Source: Isorropodon fossajaponicum endosymbiont JTNG4 (lineage in GTDB: Bacteria > Pseudomonadota > Gammaproteobacteria > PS1 > Pseudothioglobaceae). From it: a stretch of DNA of 32,000 nt. The notes beneath the pieces are model-generated. The model was not told the origin of the DNA. It was given only the letters and a program-made list of their open reading frames with translations, and searched no databases. Positions 1 to 12,074 of this stretch are shown here, in pieces. Every line of letters begins with the position of its first letter. Position 1 is the stretch's first letter. A program made the translations under genes and the position numbers. The stretch lies in the NCBI RefSeq assembly GCF_016592615.1, contig NZ_AP013043.1, forward strand, positions 1,350,001 through 1,382,000, read 5' to 3'.

Positions 1-154
1 CAGAAGCGTTCGTTAATTTATCGAACAGATAATCTCTAACCTCAATATCAGATAATAAATATTTAGAATAATCTTGACTATTGGCATACCATTTAGAATC
101 CCAATCTTTGACAATACCTAATCTAATACCTTTTGGATTTACTTTTTGACCCAT
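1..154 (-). CDS. rpsC: 30S ribosomal protein S3, N-terminal ~51 codons (gene runs off the window start)
   Basis: Hand translation from ATG (154-152) gives [47 protein letters not shown], the canonical S3 N-terminus. It lies directly downstream of rplV, as in S10 operons. Confidence 0.85.
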   Translation of the reverse strand, partial: MGQKVNPKGIRLGIVKDWDSKWYANSQDYSKYLLSDIEVRDYLFDKLTNAS

Positions 155-161
155 ATTAAAC

Positions 162-500
162 CTACTTGCTTACGCCAACTGTAATGTGGCTTGTTCTTTT
201 TAAAATTCTATTCGCTCTACCTTTTGCTCTTGGGCGAATTCTTTTCATGGTTGAACCTTCGTCAATATAAATACTGGTAACGAGTAATTCATCGATATCT
301 AGTCCATCATTATGCTCAGCATTAGAAATAGCTGAGTTCAACACTTTTTTGACCAAAACTGCTGCCTTTTTATTACTGAATGATAAAATATTTAAGGCCT
401 CTTCTACCGACTTAAGACGAATCTGATCCGCCACCAATCTTGCCTTAAAAGCGGATGTTTTTGCATATTTGTGTACTGCTTTAACTTCTTTCATTGTCAT
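162..500 (-). CDS. rplV: 50S ribosomal protein L22
   Basis: 112-aa ORF with L22 motifs ([56 protein letters not shown]) in the S10-operon position. The start may be the Met at 494. Confidence 0.95.
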   Translation of the reverse strand: MTMKEVKAVHKYAKTSAFKARLVADQIRLKSVEEALNILSFSNKKAAVLVKKVLNSAISNAEHNDGLDIDELLVTSIYIDEGSTMKRIRPRAKGRANRILKRTSHITVGVSK

Positions 501-508
501 CTACCTAT

Positions 509-778
509 TTAAGCTTTGCGATCACCAGAGTGACCTTTGAAAGTTCTAGTCATGGCAAATTCGCCCAATTTATGACCAATCATGTTTTCATTGATAGACA
601 CAGGAACATGCGCCCTACCGTTATGAACTGCAATCGTAAGACCAATCATTTCAGGCACGACAACACTGCGACGCGACCACGTTTTAATTGGTTTTCTGTC
701 ATTTTTTTCTTGAGCCACTAATACTTTTTTGATTAAGTGCTCGTCTACAAATGGTCCTTTTCTTAATGATCTAGCCAT
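509..778 (-). CDS. rpsS: 30S ribosomal protein S19
   Basis: 89-aa [15 protein letters not shown]...HNGRAHVPV...[16 protein letters not shown], typical S19. Confidence 0.97.
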   Translation of the reverse strand: MARSLRKGPFVDEHLIKKVLVAQEKNDRKPIKTWSRRSVVVPEMIGLTIAVHNGRAHVPVSINENMIGHKLGEFAMTRTFKGHSGDRKA

Positions 779-780
779 GA

Positions 781-1611
781 TTAACCCTTATTCCTATGAC
801 GCACGATGAGCCTATCTGTGCGTTTATTGCTACGTGTTTTATAACCCTTGGTCGGTGTACCCCAAGGAGAAACTGGGTGTCTACCACCACTGGTTTTACC
901 TTCACCGCCACCATGTGGATGGTCAACTGGGTTCATAACAACACCACGAACAGTTGGACGAACACCTCGCCAACGAGTAGCACCTGCTTTACCTAATTTT
1001 CTTAAACTATGTTCAGACCTAGAAACTTCACCAATTGTTGCACGACAATCTGCTAAAACCTTGCGTACCTCACCAGAACGAAGCCTCAAAGTAACATAGT
1101 TGCCTTCTTTAGCAATCAACTGTGCAGAGGTGCCAGCACTACGAGCAATTTGTGCGCCTTTCATGGGTTTTAATTCAATACAATGAACCACACTACCTAA
1201 TGGGATGTTGCTTAATGGCATTACATTGCCTGCTTGAATAGCAACAGAATTACCTGACACAATGGTATCGCCAGCACTCAAACCACGAGGTGCAATAATA
1301 TAACGACGCTCACCATCAGCATATAAAACCAAGGCAATGTTAGCACTACGATTTGGATCATATTCTAAACGTTCAACACGTGCAGTAATATCATCTTTAT
1401 TGCGCTTAAAATCAATAATACGATAACGACGCTTATGCCCACCACCCTTATGACGTGTAGTGATACGACCTGCGTTATTACGACCGCTGATTCTATTTTT
1501 GCTTTGTGTTAATGGCGCATAAGGCGCGCCTTTATATAGCTCTTTGTCTACAATACTAACAACAAATCTTCTACCTGGTGAGGTTGGTTTTCTTTTAATT
1601 ACTTGTGCCAT
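781..1611 (-). CDS. rplB: 50S ribosomal protein L2
   Basis: 276-aa ORF with [15 protein letters not shown] and [14 protein letters not shown] signatures. Confidence 0.98.
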   Translation of the reverse strand: MAQVIKRKPTSPGRRFVVSIVDKELYKGAPYAPLTQSKNRISGRNNAGRITTRHKGGGHKRRYRIIDFKRNKDDITARVERLEYDPNRSANIALVLYADGERRYIIAPRGLSAGDTIVSGNSVAIQAGNVMPLSNIPLGSVVHCIELKPMKGAQIARSAGTSAQLIAKEGNYVTLRLRSGEVRKVLADCRATIGEVSRSEHSLRKLGKAGATRWRGVRPTVRGVVMNPVDHPHGGGEGKTSGGRHPVSPWGTPTKGYKTRSNKRTDRLIVRHRNKG

Positions 1612-1621
1612 AATAATCTCT

Positions 1622-1912
1622 TTAAGTGCTGCTCACATCAATCATTTGGCCTTCAGACACTTTTACCATTGCCTTTTTCCAATTTGAGTGTGATCCAATC
1701 CTGCCTTTAAATATTTTTTTCTTACCTTTAACAATTGAGGTTGTCACCTTTTCAACATTAACGCTAAACAGCATTTCAACTGCAGCTTTAATTTCTCTTT
1801 TAGAACTATCAACACGAACTTTAAATGCGTGTTGATTGTGCGCTGATAGCATGGTCGTTTTTTCAGAAACGATTGGTGCCAACAAGGTTTTTAATACTTT
1901 TTCTTGATTCAT
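1622..1912 (-). CDS. rplW: 50S ribosomal protein L23
   Basis: 96-aa ORF, L23-like ([10 protein letters not shown]...). Its start overlaps the rplD stop (ATGA at 1909-1912). Confidence 0.95.
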   Translation of the reverse strand: MNQEKVLKTLLAPIVSEKTTMLSAHNQHAFKVRVDSSKREIKAAVEMLFSVNVEKVTTSIVKGKKKIFKGRIGSHSNWKKAMVKVSEGQMIDVSST

Positions 1913-2523
1913 AACATTGCCTCAATTTTTTTCAACGCTGCCTCAGTTACCACAACATTGTCATAACCAATCAAGCTAATCGGGTCAATGCTTTGTGTAT
2001 CACAAACACCAACATGATATAAATTACGAGAAGATAAATATAAATTCTCATTTAACTCATCAGTCATTAATAAAGCATCTTTAACATTAAGTGCCTTGAG
2101 TAATGCAGTGACATTTTTAGTTTTAATCTCTTTAATGTCAAACTCTGACACTACTTTTAAACGTTCAGAGCGAACAAGTTCAGAAAAAATAATACTGATT
2201 GCACCCTTATACATTTTCTTATTAACCTTTTGCGCATAACTTTTTGGCGCAGCTGCAAATGTCACACCGCCTGAACGCCAAATAGGGCCACGAGTAGTGC
2301 CAGCACGGGCACGACCTGTGCCTTTTTGCGCCCAAGGCCTCTTGCCGCCACCACTAACAGCAGAACGATTTTTTTGTGCTTTGGAGCCTTGACGACCGCC
2401 AGACATGTAAGCTGTGGTCACTTGGTGAACCAGTGATTGGTTAAAATCTCTTGCAAAAACAGCATCAGTCACTTCAATAATGCTTGACTTGTTTGTGCTT
2501 ATATTTAATACTTTTAATTTCAT
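1909..2523 (-). CDS. rplD: 50S ribosomal protein L4
   Basis: 204-aa ORF with [33 protein letters not shown]. Confidence 0.95.
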   Translation of the reverse strand: MKLKVLNISTNKSSIIEVTDAVFARDFNQSLVHQVTTAYMSGGRQGSKAQKNRSAVSGGGKRPWAQKGTGRARAGTTRGPIWRSGGVTFAAAPKSYAQKVNKKMYKGAISIIFSELVRSERLKVVSEFDIKEIKTKNVTALLKALNVKDALLMTDELNENLYLSSRNLYHVGVCDTQSIDPISLIGYDNVVVTEAALKKIEAML

Positions 2524-2532
2524 CTTAAACCC

Positions 2533-3261
2533 TTACGCTTGTTCAGTTTGGGCAACTTCATCAGTTACTTTATTTTGAATATTTTTGCTAACTTCTTGAT
2601 TAATCTTGTTTTTCTTAGGCGATAAAGAAACTTTAACAAAGCCCTTAGTTGCACCAGGAATTGAACCCTTAACAAGAATGATGTTTCTTTCACTGTCCAC
2701 TTTAACAACCTTTAGACATTCTTGGGTTACTTGCTCATCACCCATATGACCAGCCATTTTCTTACCTTTAAAAACACGACCAGGCTCTTGACATTGCCCT
2801 GTAGAACCAATAGCACGGTGAGAAATTGAGTTACCATGAGTGGCGTCTTGCATTTGGAAATTATGGCGCTTTACACCACCTTGAAAGCCTTTACCTTTAG
2901 ACCTACCAACAACATCAACATAATGACCAACACTAAATAATGAAATATCAACACTTGTTGCATCGGTTATGTCGTCGCCAGCCTCTACTCTAAATTCCCA
3001 AAGCCCTAAGCCAATTTCTTGAGAGGCTTTAGCATAATGACCTTTAATTGCAGCAGGTACACGACGTACTTTGGCTTCGCCTTTTTTATTTACTTTCGCT
3101 CCTGTTGTTACTTGGACAGCACTATAGCCGTCTATATCAATTGTTTTTGTTTGAACAATACGATTGGGCTCAATTTTAATTACACTCACTGGTGTGATAG
3201 AACCGTCATCGCTTATCAAGCGCGTCATTCCTATTTTTTGTCCTACTAAACCCATTGCCAT
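2533..3261 (-). CDS. rplC: 50S ribosomal protein L3 (with ~25-30 aa C-terminal extension)
   Basis: 242-aa [17 protein letters not shown]...[11 protein letters not shown]. The tail [27 protein letters not shown] extends beyond the usual ~210-aa length. Confidence 0.95.
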   Translation of the reverse strand: MAMGLVGQKIGMTRLISDDGSITPVSVIKIEPNRIVQTKTIDIDGYSAVQVTTGAKVNKKGEAKVRRVPAAIKGHYAKASQEIGLGLWEFRVEAGDDITDATSVDISLFSVGHYVDVVGRSKGKGFQGGVKRHNFQMQDATHGNSISHRAIGSTGQCQEPGRVFKGKKMAGHMGDEQVTQECLKVVKVDSERNIILVKGSIPGATKGFVKVSLSPKKNKINQEVSKNIQNKVTDEVAQTEQA

Positions 3262-3288
3262 GATCTTATTCCTAAATTATTTACTTGC

Positions 3289-3600
3289 TTAATTAAGCTT
3301 AATTGCAACATCAACACCCGCTGCTAAATCTAGCTTCATGAGTGCATCTACTGTTTTGTCTGTTGGACTAATAACATCCATTAACCTAACGTAAGTTCTT
3401 AATTCGTATTGATCTCTTGCCTTCTTATTAACATGAGGGGAGGTCAATACAGTGAAACGCTCCTTTTTAGTAGGTAGAGGAATTGGACCTCTAACACTGG
3501 CACCTGTGCGCTTAGCTGTTTCTACAATTTCAAGCGCTGACTTATCAATTAAACGATGATCAAATGCTTTTAATTTAATTCTAATATTTTGATTGCTCAT
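3289..3600 (-). CDS. rpsJ: 30S ribosomal protein S10
   Basis: 103-aa [22 protein letters not shown]...[16 protein letters not shown], first gene of the S10 operon. Confidence 0.97.
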   Translation of the reverse strand: MSNQNIRIKLKAFDHRLIDKSALEIVETAKRTGASVRGPIPLPTKKERFTVLTSPHVNKKARDQYELRTYVRLMDVISPTDKTVDALMKLDLAAGVDVAIKLN

Positions 3601-3640
3601 GTGCCTTTATATCCTGTCTATTTACGTTGTAAATTTCTCA

Positions 3641-3675
3641 AACGAAAAACGCAAGATTATATAATAAACCTTGCG
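3641..3675 (-). terminator. Putative intrinsic terminator/attenuator between tuf and rpsJ
   Basis: On the minus strand CGCAAGGTT (3675-3667) pairs with AATCTTGCG (3658-3650), a 9-bp stem with one G-U. It is followed by TTTTTCGTT (3649-3641). Judged by eye only. Confidence 0.4.
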
Positions 3676-3697
3676 CCTTACGCCTTAATTAACTAAT

Positions 3698-4888
3698 TTA
3701 ATCCGTCACCTTAGAAACCACACCCGCACCCACCGTGCGACCACCTTCTCTAATGGCAAACCTTAAACCATCTTCCATAGCGATTGGTGACAATAGCGCT
3801 ACTTGCATTTTCACGTTGTCACCTGGCATTACCATCTCTACACCATCAGGCAGCTGACAAGCGCCTGTAACGTCCGTTGTTCTAAAATAGAACTGTGGAC
3901 GGTAGTTGTTAAAGAATGGGGTATGACGACCACCTTCATCTTTGCTTAAAATATAAACCTCTGCTTCAAACTTTGAATGTGGCTTGATTGAACTTGGCTT
4001 GGCCAATACTTGACCGCGTTCAACCTCTTCACGCTTGATGCCACGAAGTAACACACCTACGTTGTCACCCGCTTCGCCTGAATCAAGTAGTTTTCTAAAC
4101 ATTTCAACACCGGTACAAGTGGTGGCTTGTGTGTCTTTAATACCAACGATTTCTAACTCGTCACCGATATTAACAATGCCTGTTTCAATACGGCCTGTCA
4201 CTACAGTGCCACGACCTGAGATTGAGAATACATCCTCAATTGGCATTAAGAATGACTTGTCTGTGTCACGCTTGGGGGTTGGAATATAAGTGTCTAATGC
4301 TTCTACTAATTTAACAATGGAAGGCACACCAATCTCTGAGGTGTCGCCTTCTAAGGCCTTAAGTGCTGAACCGAAGATGACTGGAGTGTCATCACCTGGG
4401 AAATCATATTCGTCTAGTAACTCACGGATTTCCATTTCAACCAATTCAACCAATTCCTCATCGTCAACCATATCGGCTTTGTTCATGTAAACAACGATGT
4501 AAGGGACGCCTACTTGCTTAGATAATAAGATGTGCTCACGAGTTTGAGCCATTGGGCCATCTGTAGCAGCAATAACAATAATAGCGCCGTCCATTTGTGC
4601 AGCACCTGTGATCATGTTCTTAACGTAGTCGGCGTGTCCTGGGCAGTCAACGTGTGCATAGTGGCGAGCTTCACTTTCATACTCAACGTGGGCTGTTGAA
4701 ATAGTAATACCACGTTCTCTTTCTTCAGGGGCATTATCAATATCTGCATAATCTTTGAATTCGCCACCACGCGCTTCTGCCATGACTTTAGTGATAGCGG
4801 CTGTGAGTGTGGTTTTGCCGTGGTCAACGTGACCGATTGTGCCGACGTTGACGTGTGGTTTGGTTCTTTCGAATTTTTCTTTTGACAT
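3698..4888 (-). CDS. tuf: Elongation factor Tu
   Basis: 396-aa ORF with [18 protein letters not shown] and NKAD GTPase motifs. It sits downstream of fusA, the tufA position in the str operon. Confidence 0.99.
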   Translation of the reverse strand: MSKEKFERTKPHVNVGTIGHVDHGKTTLTAAITKVMAEARGGEFKDYADIDNAPEERERGITISTAHVEYESEARHYAHVDCPGHADYVKNMITGAAQMDGAIIVIAATDGPMAQTREHILLSKQVGVPYIVVYMNKADMVDDEELVELVEMEIRELLDEYDFPGDDTPVIFGSALKALEGDTSEIGVPSIVKLVEALDTYIPTPKRDTDKSFLMPIEDVFSISGRGTVVTGRIETGIVNIGDELEIVGIKDTQATTCTGVEMFRKLLDSGEAGDNVGVLLRGIKREEVERGQVLAKPSSIKPHSKFEAEVYILSKDEGGRHTPFFNNYRPQFYFRTTDVTGACQLPDGVEMVMPGDNVKMQVALLSPIAMEDGLRFAIREGGRTVGAGVVSKVTD

Positions 4889-4898
4889 TTTATGCTCC

Positions 4899-7001
4899 TT
4901 ACTTATTTAATTTTTCAATAACTTCATCAACCACGTTTTTGGGCGCTGCTGTATATTTTACAAATTCCATTGAATAGCTTGCTCGACCTTGTGTCATTGA
5001 GCGCAAATCATTGGCATAACCAAACATTTCTGCTAAAGGGACTTCTGCCTTAACTTGCTTACCTGCAAGTGTATCTTCCATCGCACTGACAATACCACGA
5101 CGCCTATTAATATCGCCCATCACATCGCCCATATAATCTTCAGGCGTTAAAACTTCAACTGCCATCATTGGCTCAAGTAATTGAGGGCTAGCCATTCTAA
5201 CACCTCCACTCAAGCACTTACTGGCTGCAATTTTAAATGCCATCTCATTGGAGTCAACATCATGATAAGAGCCATCGTAAACGGTTACTTTAATATCAAC
5301 TAAAGGAAAGCCAGCCAATACGCCATTTTCCATTTGTTCTTGAATACCTTTATTTATTGCAGGTACATATTCTTTAGGGATAACACCGCCCTTAATTTCA
5401 TCAACAAACTCATAACCAGCACCCGGTTCTTGAGGCTCAATTCTTAAATATACGTGGCCATATTGACCACGACCACCAGATTGCTTAGCAAATTTATACT
5501 GATGCTCAACCATGGTTGTAATGGTCTCACGATAAGAAACTTGTGGTGCGCCAACATTACATTCAACATCAAATTCGCGAACCATACGATCAACAATAAT
5601 GTCCAAGTGAAGCTCTCCCATGCCTGCAATAATGGTTTGACCTGACTCTTCATCAGTCGACACACGAAAAGAAGGATCTTCAGCAGCCAATTTACCAAGC
5701 GCAATGCCCATTTTTTCTTGATCTACCTTAGTTTTAGGCTCTACCGCTAAGGCAATCACTGGCTCAGGGAATTCCATTCTTTCTAAAATAATCTTCTGTT
5801 TAAGATCACATAAAGTATCACCTGTCGTGACATCTTTAAGACCGATTGCTGCGGCAATATCACCTGCACACACTTCTTTAATTTCTTCACGCTCATTGGC
5901 ATGCATTTGCACCATACGACCAATGCGTTCTTTTTTGCCTTTAGATGAGTTATATACAAAATCACCTGCTTTTAATACGCCCGAATATACACGGAAAAAA
6001 GTCAAATTACCTACAAATGGATCGGTTGCAATTTTAAATGCTAGCGCGGCAAATGGTTCTTCATCATCCGCTTTTCTAGGAGCAACTGTCTCATCTTTAT
6101 CATCCAACATGCCTGTAATAGCATCCACATCTAGTGGTGATGGCATATACATAATCATGGCATCTAACACAGCTTGTACACCTTTATTTTTAAAGGCAGA
6201 ACCGCAAAACATTGGTATAATTTCACTCTTAATGGTTTGAGAACGAATGCCTTCTCTAATTTCATCATGACTCAGCTTACCTCCTTCAAGGTATTTTTCC
6301 ATTAACTCATCATTCGCCTCAGCAGCAGATTCAATCATGAACTCACGTTTTTCCTCTGCCAACTCTTGTAATTCTGCGGGAATACCCCTTGTTTCGTAAG
6401 TTGCACCCTGATCAGCTTCGTTCCAAAAAATAGCTTTCATGCTGATTAAGTCTATCACGCCTTCAAAATTTTCCTCAGCACCAATGGCAATTTGCATGGG
6501 TACTGGATTGCCACCTAAGCGTGTTTTAATTTGCTCGCAAACACGTAAAAAGTCCGCGCCAGCACGATCCATTTTATTAACAAAACCAATTCTTGGTACA
6601 TTGTATTTATTCGCTTGACGCCAAACCGTTTCTGACTGAGGCTCTACACCACCAACTGCGCAAAATACAGCGCAAGCACCGTCTAATACTTTTAATGAAC
6701 GCTCAACCTCAATGGTAAAGTCAACATGTCCCGGTGTGTCAATAATATTAATACGATGGTCTTCAAACTGCTTATCCATACCCTGCCAAAAACAAGTAGT
6801 TGCTGCAGAAGTAATGGTAATACCACGTTCTTGCTCTTGCTCCATCCAGTCCATGGTTGCACCACCATCATGCACCTCACCAATTTTGTGAGTACGGCCT
6901 GTATACAATAAAATACGCTCTGTCGTGGTTGTTTTTCCGGCATCAATATGTGCCATAATACCAATATTACGATAACGATCAAGTGGGGTTGTTCTTGCCA
7001 T
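4899..7001 (-). CDS. fusA: Elongation factor G
   Basis: The ORF is open to 7118, but the conserved N-terminus [25 protein letters not shown] begins at ATG 7001-6999. The 39 upstream codons overlap the rpsG 3' end. The product is 700 aa. Confidence 0.97.
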   Translation of the reverse strand: MARTTPLDRYRNIGIMAHIDAGKTTTTERILLYTGRTHKIGEVHDGGATMDWMEQEQERGITITSAATTCFWQGMDKQFEDHRINIIDTPGHVDFTIEVERSLKVLDGACAVFCAVGGVEPQSETVWRQANKYNVPRIGFVNKMDRAGADFLRVCEQIKTRLGGNPVPMQIAIGAEENFEGVIDLISMKAIFWNEADQGATYETRGIPAELQELAEEKREFMIESAAEANDELMEKYLEGGKLSHDEIREGIRSQTIKSEIIPMFCGSAFKNKGVQAVLDAMIMYMPSPLDVDAITGMLDDKDETVAPRKADDEEPFAALAFKIATDPFVGNLTFFRVYSGVLKAGDFVYNSSKGKKERIGRMVQMHANEREEIKEVCAGDIAAAIGLKDVTTGDTLCDLKQKIILERMEFPEPVIALAVEPKTKVDQEKMGIALGKLAAEDPSFRVSTDEESGQTIIAGMGELHLDIIVDRMVREFDVECNVGAPQVSYRETITTMVEHQYKFAKQSGGRGQYGHVYLRIEPQEPGAGYEFVDEIKGGVIPKEYVPAINKGIQEQMENGVLAGFPLVDIKVTVYDGSYHDVDSNEMAFKIAASKCLSGGVRMASPQLLEPMMAVEVLTPEDYMGDVMGDINRRRGIVSAMEDTLAGKQVKAEVPLAEMFGYANDLRSMTQGRASYSMEFVKYTAAPKNVVDEVIEKLNK

Positions 7002-7023
7002 TTTTCTTGTATCCTGTGTGTGT

Positions 7024-7500
<477 letters not shown>

Positions 7501-7524
7501 CTATGTTTTAATTATTGTAATTAC

Positions 7525-7899
7525 TTATTTCTTTGGCTTTTTAGTGCCATATTTAGAACGACCTTGCATTCTACCATCAACGCCTGTTGTATCCAATGCA
7601 CCACGAACTGTATGGTAACGAACACCAGGTAAATCCTTCACACGACCACCACGAATAAGAATCACTGAGTGTTCTTGTAAGTTATGGCCTTCACCACCAA
7701 TATAGGTCGTTACTTCATTGGCATTGGTAAGTCGAACACGGGCAACTTTTCTAAGTGCCGAGTTAGGCTTTTTAGGAGTTGTGGTGTACACACGAGTACA
7801 AACACCACGTTTTTGAGGGCAGCTGTCTAATGCTGGCACACCACTTTTGACGACTTTCTTTTTACGTGGATTACGTACCAATTGATTAATCGTTGACAT
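7525..7899 (-). CDS. rpsL: 30S ribosomal protein S12
   Basis: 124-aa [18 protein letters not shown]...[17 protein letters not shown]...[13 protein letters not shown]. Confidence 0.98.
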   Translation of the reverse strand: MSTINQLVRNPRKKKVVKSGVPALDSCPQKRGVCTRVYTTTPKKPNSALRKVARVRLTNANEVTTYIGGEGHNLQEHSVILIRGGRVKDLPGVRYHTVRGALDTTGVDGRMQGRSKYGTKKPKK

Positions 7900-7992
7900 A
7901 TTGCAATTTCTCCAATTTCTCTAAAGTTTATAATGTATATTTAAGTTATTAAATCGTCTTTTGGTTTTTCTTTAAAGACAATAAAGCGAGGC

Positions 7993-8022
7993 ATTATACT
8001 TTGTTAGGAGTGCCTATGTCAA
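7993..8022 (-). promoter_or_regulatory. Candidate sigma-70 promoter of the str operon
   Basis: The minus strand reads TTGACA (8022-8017), an 18-nt spacer, then TATAAT (7998-7993). Both hexamers are perfect consensus, ~95 nt upstream of the rpsL ATG. The -35 overlaps the stop codon of the upstream phosphatase gene. Confidence 0.5.
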
Positions 8023-8507
8023 CAAGATTTAAGAGATTTTTTTAACAAGCTTTGCAATAAAAAACCACTGGCACAATCTAGCATTTCAAATACCTCATCA
8101 AAGCGTCCTTCAAAGTAAGGGTCGAGCACACTTTTGCCTTGGTTGTTAGGAATATTATCCAGCATTAATGACAGTTTAGTTTGATGCTCGCGTGGACAAA
8201 TAGACTGCAAAATGCTCAAGTTTGAGGCGTCCATAGCAAAAATATAATCATAATGATAAAAGTCGCTCTCATGCACTTGCCTTGCCCGCTGATAGGATAA
8301 ATCAACATGACATTTATTAGCAGATAATTGCGAGCGTGAATCTGGCTGCTCACCGATATGATAAGCATGAGTACCTGCAGAATCTATTTCAAACAAGTGT
8401 TTAACACCACGTTTTTCCACTTGTGACCTAAAAGCACCCTCTGCCGTTGGTGAGCGACAAATATTACCCATACATACAAATAAAATTTTTATTTTTTCTT
8501 TACTCAC
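8019..8507 (-). CDS. Low-molecular-weight protein-tyrosine phosphatase family protein
   Basis: 162-aa ORF with the N-terminal P-loop VCMGNICRSP (CX5R-S) and a DPY motif (VLDPYF). An arsenate-reductase-like function cannot be fully excluded. Confidence 0.85.
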   Translation of the reverse strand: MSKEKIKILFVCMGNICRSPTAEGAFRSQVEKRGVKHLFEIDSAGTHAYHIGEQPDSRSQLSANKCHVDLSYQRARQVHESDFYHYDYIFAMDASNLSILQSICPREHQTKLSLMLDNIPNNQGKSVLDPYFEGRFDEVFEMLDCASGFLLQSLLKKSLKSC

Positions 8508-8561
8508 CTGTCTTATGTGTTGATAAAATCAACACTCATTATACCAATGTGTTTATTAGCT

Positions 8562-9527
8562 ATGCCCAACTCACTATTACAATCTGCAAAAAAAGTCATT
8601 TTAACTGAAGCACAAGCGGTAACGATGCTGGCCGATGGACTTGATCAAAACTTTGTTGATGCTTGTCAATTAATCCAAAATTGCACTGGCAAAGTAGTTT
8701 TAATTGGTATGGGGAAATCTGGACACATTGCAGGCAAGATTGCTGCAACACTTGCTTCTACTGGCACCCCTGCCTTTGCTGTTCATCCTAGTGAAGCAGG
8801 GCATGGCGATTTAGGCATGATTACACAAGAAGATGTGGTGATTGCTATTTCTTACTCTGGCGAATCTGACGAAATTATGACCTTAATGCCAATCATTAAA
8901 CCCCTCGGTGTCTTAATCATCGGCATGACAAAAAATGCAAACTCCTCAATTGGCAGGATTAGCGATGTGCATCTTGATGTCAGCGTTGAAAAAGAAGCTT
9001 GTCCACATAACCTAGCCCCAACTTCATCAACCACAGTGGCTTTAGTCATGGGTGATGCACTAGCAATCAGCTTATTAACCAATAAAGGTTTTAGTGTGGA
9101 TGACTTTGCCCGCTCACACCCATCAGGTGCACTAGGTCGTCGCTTATTAACCTTTGTCAGTACCATTATGAAAACAGGGGGCGATATACCTATCGTCAAT
9201 GCTGATACTAAATTGCTAGATGCCTTATTAGTAATGAGCCAAAAAGCCTTAGGTATGGTATTAATTACTGATAACAACATTTTAAAAGGTATTTTTACAG
9301 ATGGTGATTTAAGGCGCGTACTTGAGACACATTCTAATATTCAAAGTCTAACCATTGGCGAGGTTATGACGTCTAATTGCCAATCAATCTCAAAAGACAA
9401 GCCTGCCATGGCAGCAGTACAAATGATGGATGAATTTAACCTAAACTCATTGCCTGTCGTTGATAATCACAACCAAGTCGTTGGCGCTATCAATACCCAC
9501 ACCCTAATGCAAGCAAAAATTATTTAA
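8562..9527 (+). CDS. kdsD: KpsF/GutQ-family D-arabinose-5-phosphate isomerase (SIS domain plus tandem CBS)
   Basis: SIS motifs (GKVVLIGMGKSGHIAGKIAATLASTGTPA, ISYSGESDE) are followed by a CBS pair. The ORF track starts at a GTG at 8517. ATG 8562 (MPNSLLQSAKKV) fits family length better, and ATG 8547 is also possible. Confidence 0.85.
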   Translation: MPNSLLQSAKKVILTEAQAVTMLADGLDQNFVDACQLIQNCTGKVVLIGMGKSGHIAGKIAATLASTGTPAFAVHPSEAGHGDLGMITQEDVVIAISYSGESDEIMTLMPIIKPLGVLIIGMTKNANSSIGRISDVHLDVSVEKEACPHNLAPTSSTTVALVMGDALAISLLTNKGFSVDDFARSHPSGALGRRLLTFVSTIMKTGGDIPIVNADTKLLDALLVMSQKALGMVLITDNNILKGIFTDGDLRRVLETHSNIQSLTIGEVMTSNCQSISKDKPAMAAVQMMDEFNLNSLPVVDNHNQVVGAINTHTLMQAKII

Positions 9528-9607
9528 ATCTTAGGTCAAAATTTCAACCATCTTAATGCCATCATTAATAACTTATCTTAATAACCATAAATATTAAAGG
9601 TTAAATG

Positions 9608-11440
9608 CTATCCAATTGCACCACCATCTTTACGATAAATAGCAATAACACCTGATCTCGGTATGCCGCTATATTTATTAGGAAAAATAGAGCCCCCTTT
9701 CTCGCCAGGATGTTGTATACCTACAAACATTGTCTCTTTATCAGCACTCCAAGTAAGCCCGGTAATTTCACATTCTTTTGGGCCTACTAAAAAACGTTTA
9801 ATTTCACCAGTATTTGGATTACCTAAAAGCATTTGGTTATTACCCATACCAGCAAAATCACCCTGATTACTATATTTACCATCAGTTTGAATCCAAAGAC
9901 CGCCCTTAGAGTCAAAATTTAAGCCACCTGGAGAATTAAACATATTATGCTTGGTAATATTTTCAGAGTCTGATTTTAAATTATTTTTATGAACTTCAGG
10001 GTTGCCAGCTAATGCAACCAAATTCCAACTAAAATTAATATCACTGTGATCGCTATTTTTAGGCGCCCATCGAACAATTTGACCATATCTATTAGCCATT
10101 CTTGGAATGACTGCATTAATTGGCGTCGCATCACCACCTTTATTTGGTTTTATTCCTCTATTTTTATTATTGGTCAATGCGCAATACACTTCGGCTTTAT
10201 TGGGATTGGCAGCCACCCATTCTGGCCTATCCATTGTAGCTACACCCACTTTAGACGCAGCAAGACGTGTATGAATACAGATTTCTGCTTTACTCATTCC
10301 AGTGTTTTCTGGTGTTAGTACCAGCTATTTACTAGTGCCGTTGTCATTAAATCGAGCAACAAACAAATCCCCATCTTCAAGTAAATCTGAATTGTTGCCA
10401 TACTTACTATATTTGCCTGCAAATACAAATTTGTATAAATATTCACCACGCTCATCATCGCCTAAATAAACCATAATATGGCCATTCTTAGCAATGACCA
10501 CTTCTGCATTTTCATGTTTAAAACGCCCCAAAGCAGTACGTTTCTTTGGCGTTGATTTTGGATTTAGCGGATCAATTTCCACTACATAGCCAACTCTATT
10601 TGGCTCTGTCGGATTAAGTGCAATATCAAAACGTTCATCATATTTACCCCATGCGTATTTCTTACTATCCTCATGCCCTACGCCGTAACGTTTAAATTCT
10701 TTAGATAGTTTTAAGTTTTTATCACTACTGGAAAAATAATCATCGAAATTTTCTTCACAACTCAGATAAGTACCCCATGGCGTCTTTCCATTGCCATAAT
10801 TATTCCAAGTGCCTAAAGATTGCTCGCCAGCAGGACCTTCCTTGGTTTTCATTAATTGGTGAGTTCTTGCTGGTCCAGTAATTTCCATCGGCATATCTGC
10901 TGTTATTTTACAGTTATACATAGAATCTTTAACAATAGAATATTTATTATTCCTTCTCTGCAATTCAACAATACTAATGCCATGCGCTTGTTTAGCCTTC
11001 ATAACATCATCTAGGTTTTCTGTTAGTTTAGAATCTCTATTGTGATACATGGACACATTATTTACATATTCATTATTAACTGCCAAAACGGTTCTACCAT
11101 CACGAGTAAAAATATCCATGCCATTATTGTTATCTCCAAATGACAACGCCTGAGATTTGGCATCACCAGCAGTATGATGATTAAAGCTTTTACCATCAGA
11201 CCATAACGGATTTCCCCAACTCATTACTGTATACCAGCCAAAACCTTTTGGCACAGTTATTGTATCTAGGGTGTTGGCAGCAATTTCTTTAAATTCCAAT
11301 AATGACACCTGGCTATGCGAATGAGCAATTGCTTGTTTTGATGTTAATGCTGCAATACCTGTGCTAATAACAAAATTAGATGCACCAAATATTATAGCCC
11401 CACCCCTAAGAAAGTGACGTCTTGATATGGCATTATCCAT
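9608..11440 (-). pseudogene. phoX: PhoX-family (DUF839) Tat-secreted phosphatase interrupted by a single in-frame TAG
   Basis: The N-terminal ORF (11440-10325) has the twin-arginine leader SRRHFLRGGA. The C-terminal ORF (10297-9608) carries MDRPEWVAANP and the following conserved blocks. The two ORFs are in the same frame, separated only by TAG at 10327-10325 plus 9 sense codons. Confidence 0.8.
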
Positions 11441-11553
11441 AACCTGGTCAAATTCAATCGTTTTATTTTTGTAGTTTTTTTCATTATCTTTATCCTGTTT
11501 CTTTTATTAAAAAATAAGACTCTCTTACACTTGTGTTTCGCTGTTTCATTGTA

Positions 11554-11581
11554 ATAACAGAATATTTCATTTTTATGACAA
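11554..11581 (-). promoter_or_regulatory. Weak candidate Pho box upstream of phoX
   Basis: The minus strand reads TTGTCATAAAAATGAAATATTCTGTTAT followed by TACAAT. TTGTCAT and CTGTTAT resemble the CTGTCAT Pho-box heptamer and lie 21 nt apart. The middle repeat is poor and the spacing to the -10 is not canonical. Confidence 0.25.
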
Positions 11582-11621
11582 AAAACATTTGTACTTGTAA
11601 TACTCCGATTTTCCATACAAC

Positions 11622-11868
11622 TCTAAAGTAGAGGCTAGTCATCTTATCACGCCACCTAGGGCAAAGTGCGGTCGTTCGTTATTATAAACCCATAACCACT
11701 GTGTGGTTGCATCTTGTGCTTGCTCAACAGAATCAAACAAATGCAGATCTAAACACTCTTGTCTTACTGTACGGTTAAATCTCTCAATGTAGGCATTTTG
11801 AGTTGGCTTACCTGGTTGGGATGTACATTAACTCAATACCTAAGGCTTGTACCCAGTCTCTTAATGCT
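11622..11868 (-). mobile_element. IS3-family (IS407-like) right-end remnant: last ~75 codons of the transposase plus terminal repeat
   Basis: Minus-strand translation gives ALRDWVQALGIELMYI(frameshift)QPGKPTQNAYIERFNRTVRQECLDLHLFDSVEQAQDATTQWLWVYNNERPHFALGG, with the stop at 11641-11639. The outermost 11 nt, TCTAAAGTAGA (11622-11632), are identical to the left terminus of the IS at 26636. Confidence 0.75.
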
Positions 11869-12074
11869 TGGGGTATTTTTCCTTCAATTTGAATATCAGT
11901 AGTTTGCAGAACTTCTTTATTTGTACCTTACCAGCCTATGAGCCACGGCTTAATTTTAAGATTTTGATTAAATGCTGTTATCCACTTATCTTGTTCGGCA
12001 AATGACAGGTGTGGAAATGCCAAGCTACTTAATGCTAAGCCACTAGTTGATTTTATAAATCCTCCTCTATTCAT
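11869..12074 (-). pseudogene. Truncated 5' fragment of a secreted-protein gene (possibly carotenoid-oxygenase-like)
   Basis: ATG 12074-12072 overlaps the DUF2141 stop (ATGA). The translation is MNRGGFIKSTSGLALSSLAFPHLSFAEQDKWITAFNQNLKIKPWLIGW*GTNKEVLQTTDIQIEGKIPQ. It has a signal-peptide-like start and an in-frame TAA (11931-11929), and it ends at the IS remnant. The family assignment is from memory of the W..GF...veG.iP pattern only. Confidence 0.4.

Noticed and set aside
10325-10327. The TAG in phoX as programmed recoding (pyrrolysine or suppression).
   Set aside because: Nothing in the window suggests pyl genes or a suppressor tRNA. The codon aligns with an expected Trp (TGG), and several other genes here carry plain nonsense mutations. 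A simple nonsense mutation is the most economical explanation.
11392-11616. A 74-aa minus-strand ORF upstream of and overlapping the phoX start.
   Set aside because: It lies in the phoX promoter/leader and has an AT-rich, low-complexity translation. It has no recognisable family and overlaps the phoX Tat leader in another frame.
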